Part shown: piece by piece, positions 62,697-64,000 of the stretch
Numbering within the stretch: the stretch's first letter is position 1
Layout: the number at the start of each line of letters is the position of its first letter
Assembly: GCA_013265495.1 (NCBI GenBank)
Contig: MU058065.1
Span: forward strand, 3,885,003 to 3,949,002
Length of the DNA: 64,000 bases
Source: Vicugna vicugna
Taxonomy: Eukaryota
Direction of reading: 5' to 3'
Notes under the pieces: model-generated
What the model was told of the DNA's origin: nothing
What the model saw: the letters and a program-made list of their open reading frames with translations, nothing else
The model's database searches: none
Position numbers and translations under genes: made by a program

Positions 62697-63029
62697 GAAA
62701 ATATAACTCCTTTTGTTTAGGTGAGAATGGTAGGATTGCTAATTATGCTTTTGGCAAATCCTTTAGAGGACAGCTACCCTCCATGTGCTGTTGTGAAAAA
62801 ATCTGATCAAATATTAAGATCTGGTCCTCACCCGTTAGCAACTGGGTGGGCCATCTAACCAAGATGACTATGTTCATTCAGATAATACCGCAGACAGCAA
62901 ATAATATTAACAAACACCCTCATGAAAAAGTCTTATCCCTTCGGAGCATCTTCTTTTCCTGGATTTGCCGTCCATTCTTTCTTTTTGTCCTCATTCCTTG
63001 GCTTGTTTTTACCTAGTTCCAACTCATGA

Positions 63030-63240
63030 CAAAGCGCTGAGGGTTCAAACAGGTAAGCTGCATATATTTAGAGGCACAAGGAAGTTACATAACTTCTCTG
63101 TACCTCAGATTCCTCCTTAAATGGAGGAAAATAGTAGTACCTATCTGATAGGATTTGGGTCAGGAGAAAATTAACTCATATACGGTGGATAATACTTGGT
63201 GCATAGTAATCACTATGTACATATTCACTCTTATTATTAC
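63030..63240 (+). mobile_element. MIR
   Basis: aagttacataacttctctgtacctcagattcctc...aaatggaggaaaatagtagtacctatctgataggatt. Confidence 0.75.
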
Positions 63241-63514
63241 TTAGATGGGATTTAAAAGGCTTTGAATATTCCACACCCCCACTTGCCTGTGCCTTTAAGG
63301 ATTTTAAATTTGTAAGTCTTTGAAGGCTTTCTACTGGTTCTATGGTCATTTCGACTTAACTATGGTTTCTAAACTCTCTTCCCCTCTCTCACACACATAG
63401 ACACACACAGTCATGATCTTTCTTTGTGTCTTATAACATGTATTAATTAATTCTCACATTTCACAGTTATATTAACTCCAGAGGCTTCACAATGAGGGTC
63501 TCAATTGAGATCAC

Positions 63515-63960
63515 CTCTAAGCCAGGTATTGTTGAAGTTGCTAAGGAAACAAAGAAAATAAGATATGTCCCTGTGTCAAGGAATGGATGGTCTAATTAGC
63601 AACTTGATACACTGACACATAATTGCCAATATTGTGATGAGTGCTATGATGGAGCACAAAGACGTTGTGAGTTCTGAGAAGAGGGCACAGATCAAAGAGA
63701 AAGAGGTGTGGAGGAAAGGAGTCCTGGAGTGCGAACAGCAGTTTAACAATAAACTAGGTGGGAAAAGCTGAGTTTTGTAGGTGGAGGGACTGGTGTATAG
63801 GAAGAATAAAGATGTAAAAGTTCCTAGCATATGTAGAACCCTGTAAATCAGTAAATTACAGATGCTAAAATAAACTATACCTGTCAGAAGGCTCCAAAGA
63901 AAGAAATGGCAGGAAAAAGGGCAAGAGATGAGGCTGAAAAGGCTGCCAGGTCAACAGAGG
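63515..63960 (-). mobile_element. L2 fragment
   Basis: gccaggtattgtt...aataagatatgtccctg...gtgctatgatggag...gagatgaggctgaaaagg. Confidence 0.6.
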
Positions 63961-64000
63961 TCTCCTGTGCCACTCATGGCGCTTGGTCGTGATCCACAGG

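Overview
Repeat-rich, CpG-poor, non-coding mammalian DNA (intergenic or deep intron). I recognise no host protein-coding gene, RNA gene, CRISPR array or prokaryotic system. The ORF track is mostly chance ORFs or ORFs lying in L1 remnants; the only clearly recognisable protein-like ORFs are L1 ORF2p C-terminal fragments. Two tRNA-Ala-derived SINEs resembling Vic-1, plus cetartiodactyl-type L1 3' UTRs and no Alu, B1, PRE-1, Bov-tA, BovB or SINEC that I could see, suggest a camelid (alpaca, llama or camel); this is inference. The window layers ancient repeats (L2, MIR, MER5, MER20, L1M, MaLR, ERVL LTRs) with younger 5'-truncated L1 insertions, several with target-site duplications (TSDs). The most striking local structures are a 94-bp near-perfect templated copy inside an L1 3' UTR, a 331-bp tandem duplication bounded by GT repeats, two L1 inversions with twin-priming geometry and a tail-less L1. 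There are also a few unverified exon and promoter-like motif clusters. Repeat family names are from recalled consensus sequences, not a search, and old repeat boundaries are approximate.
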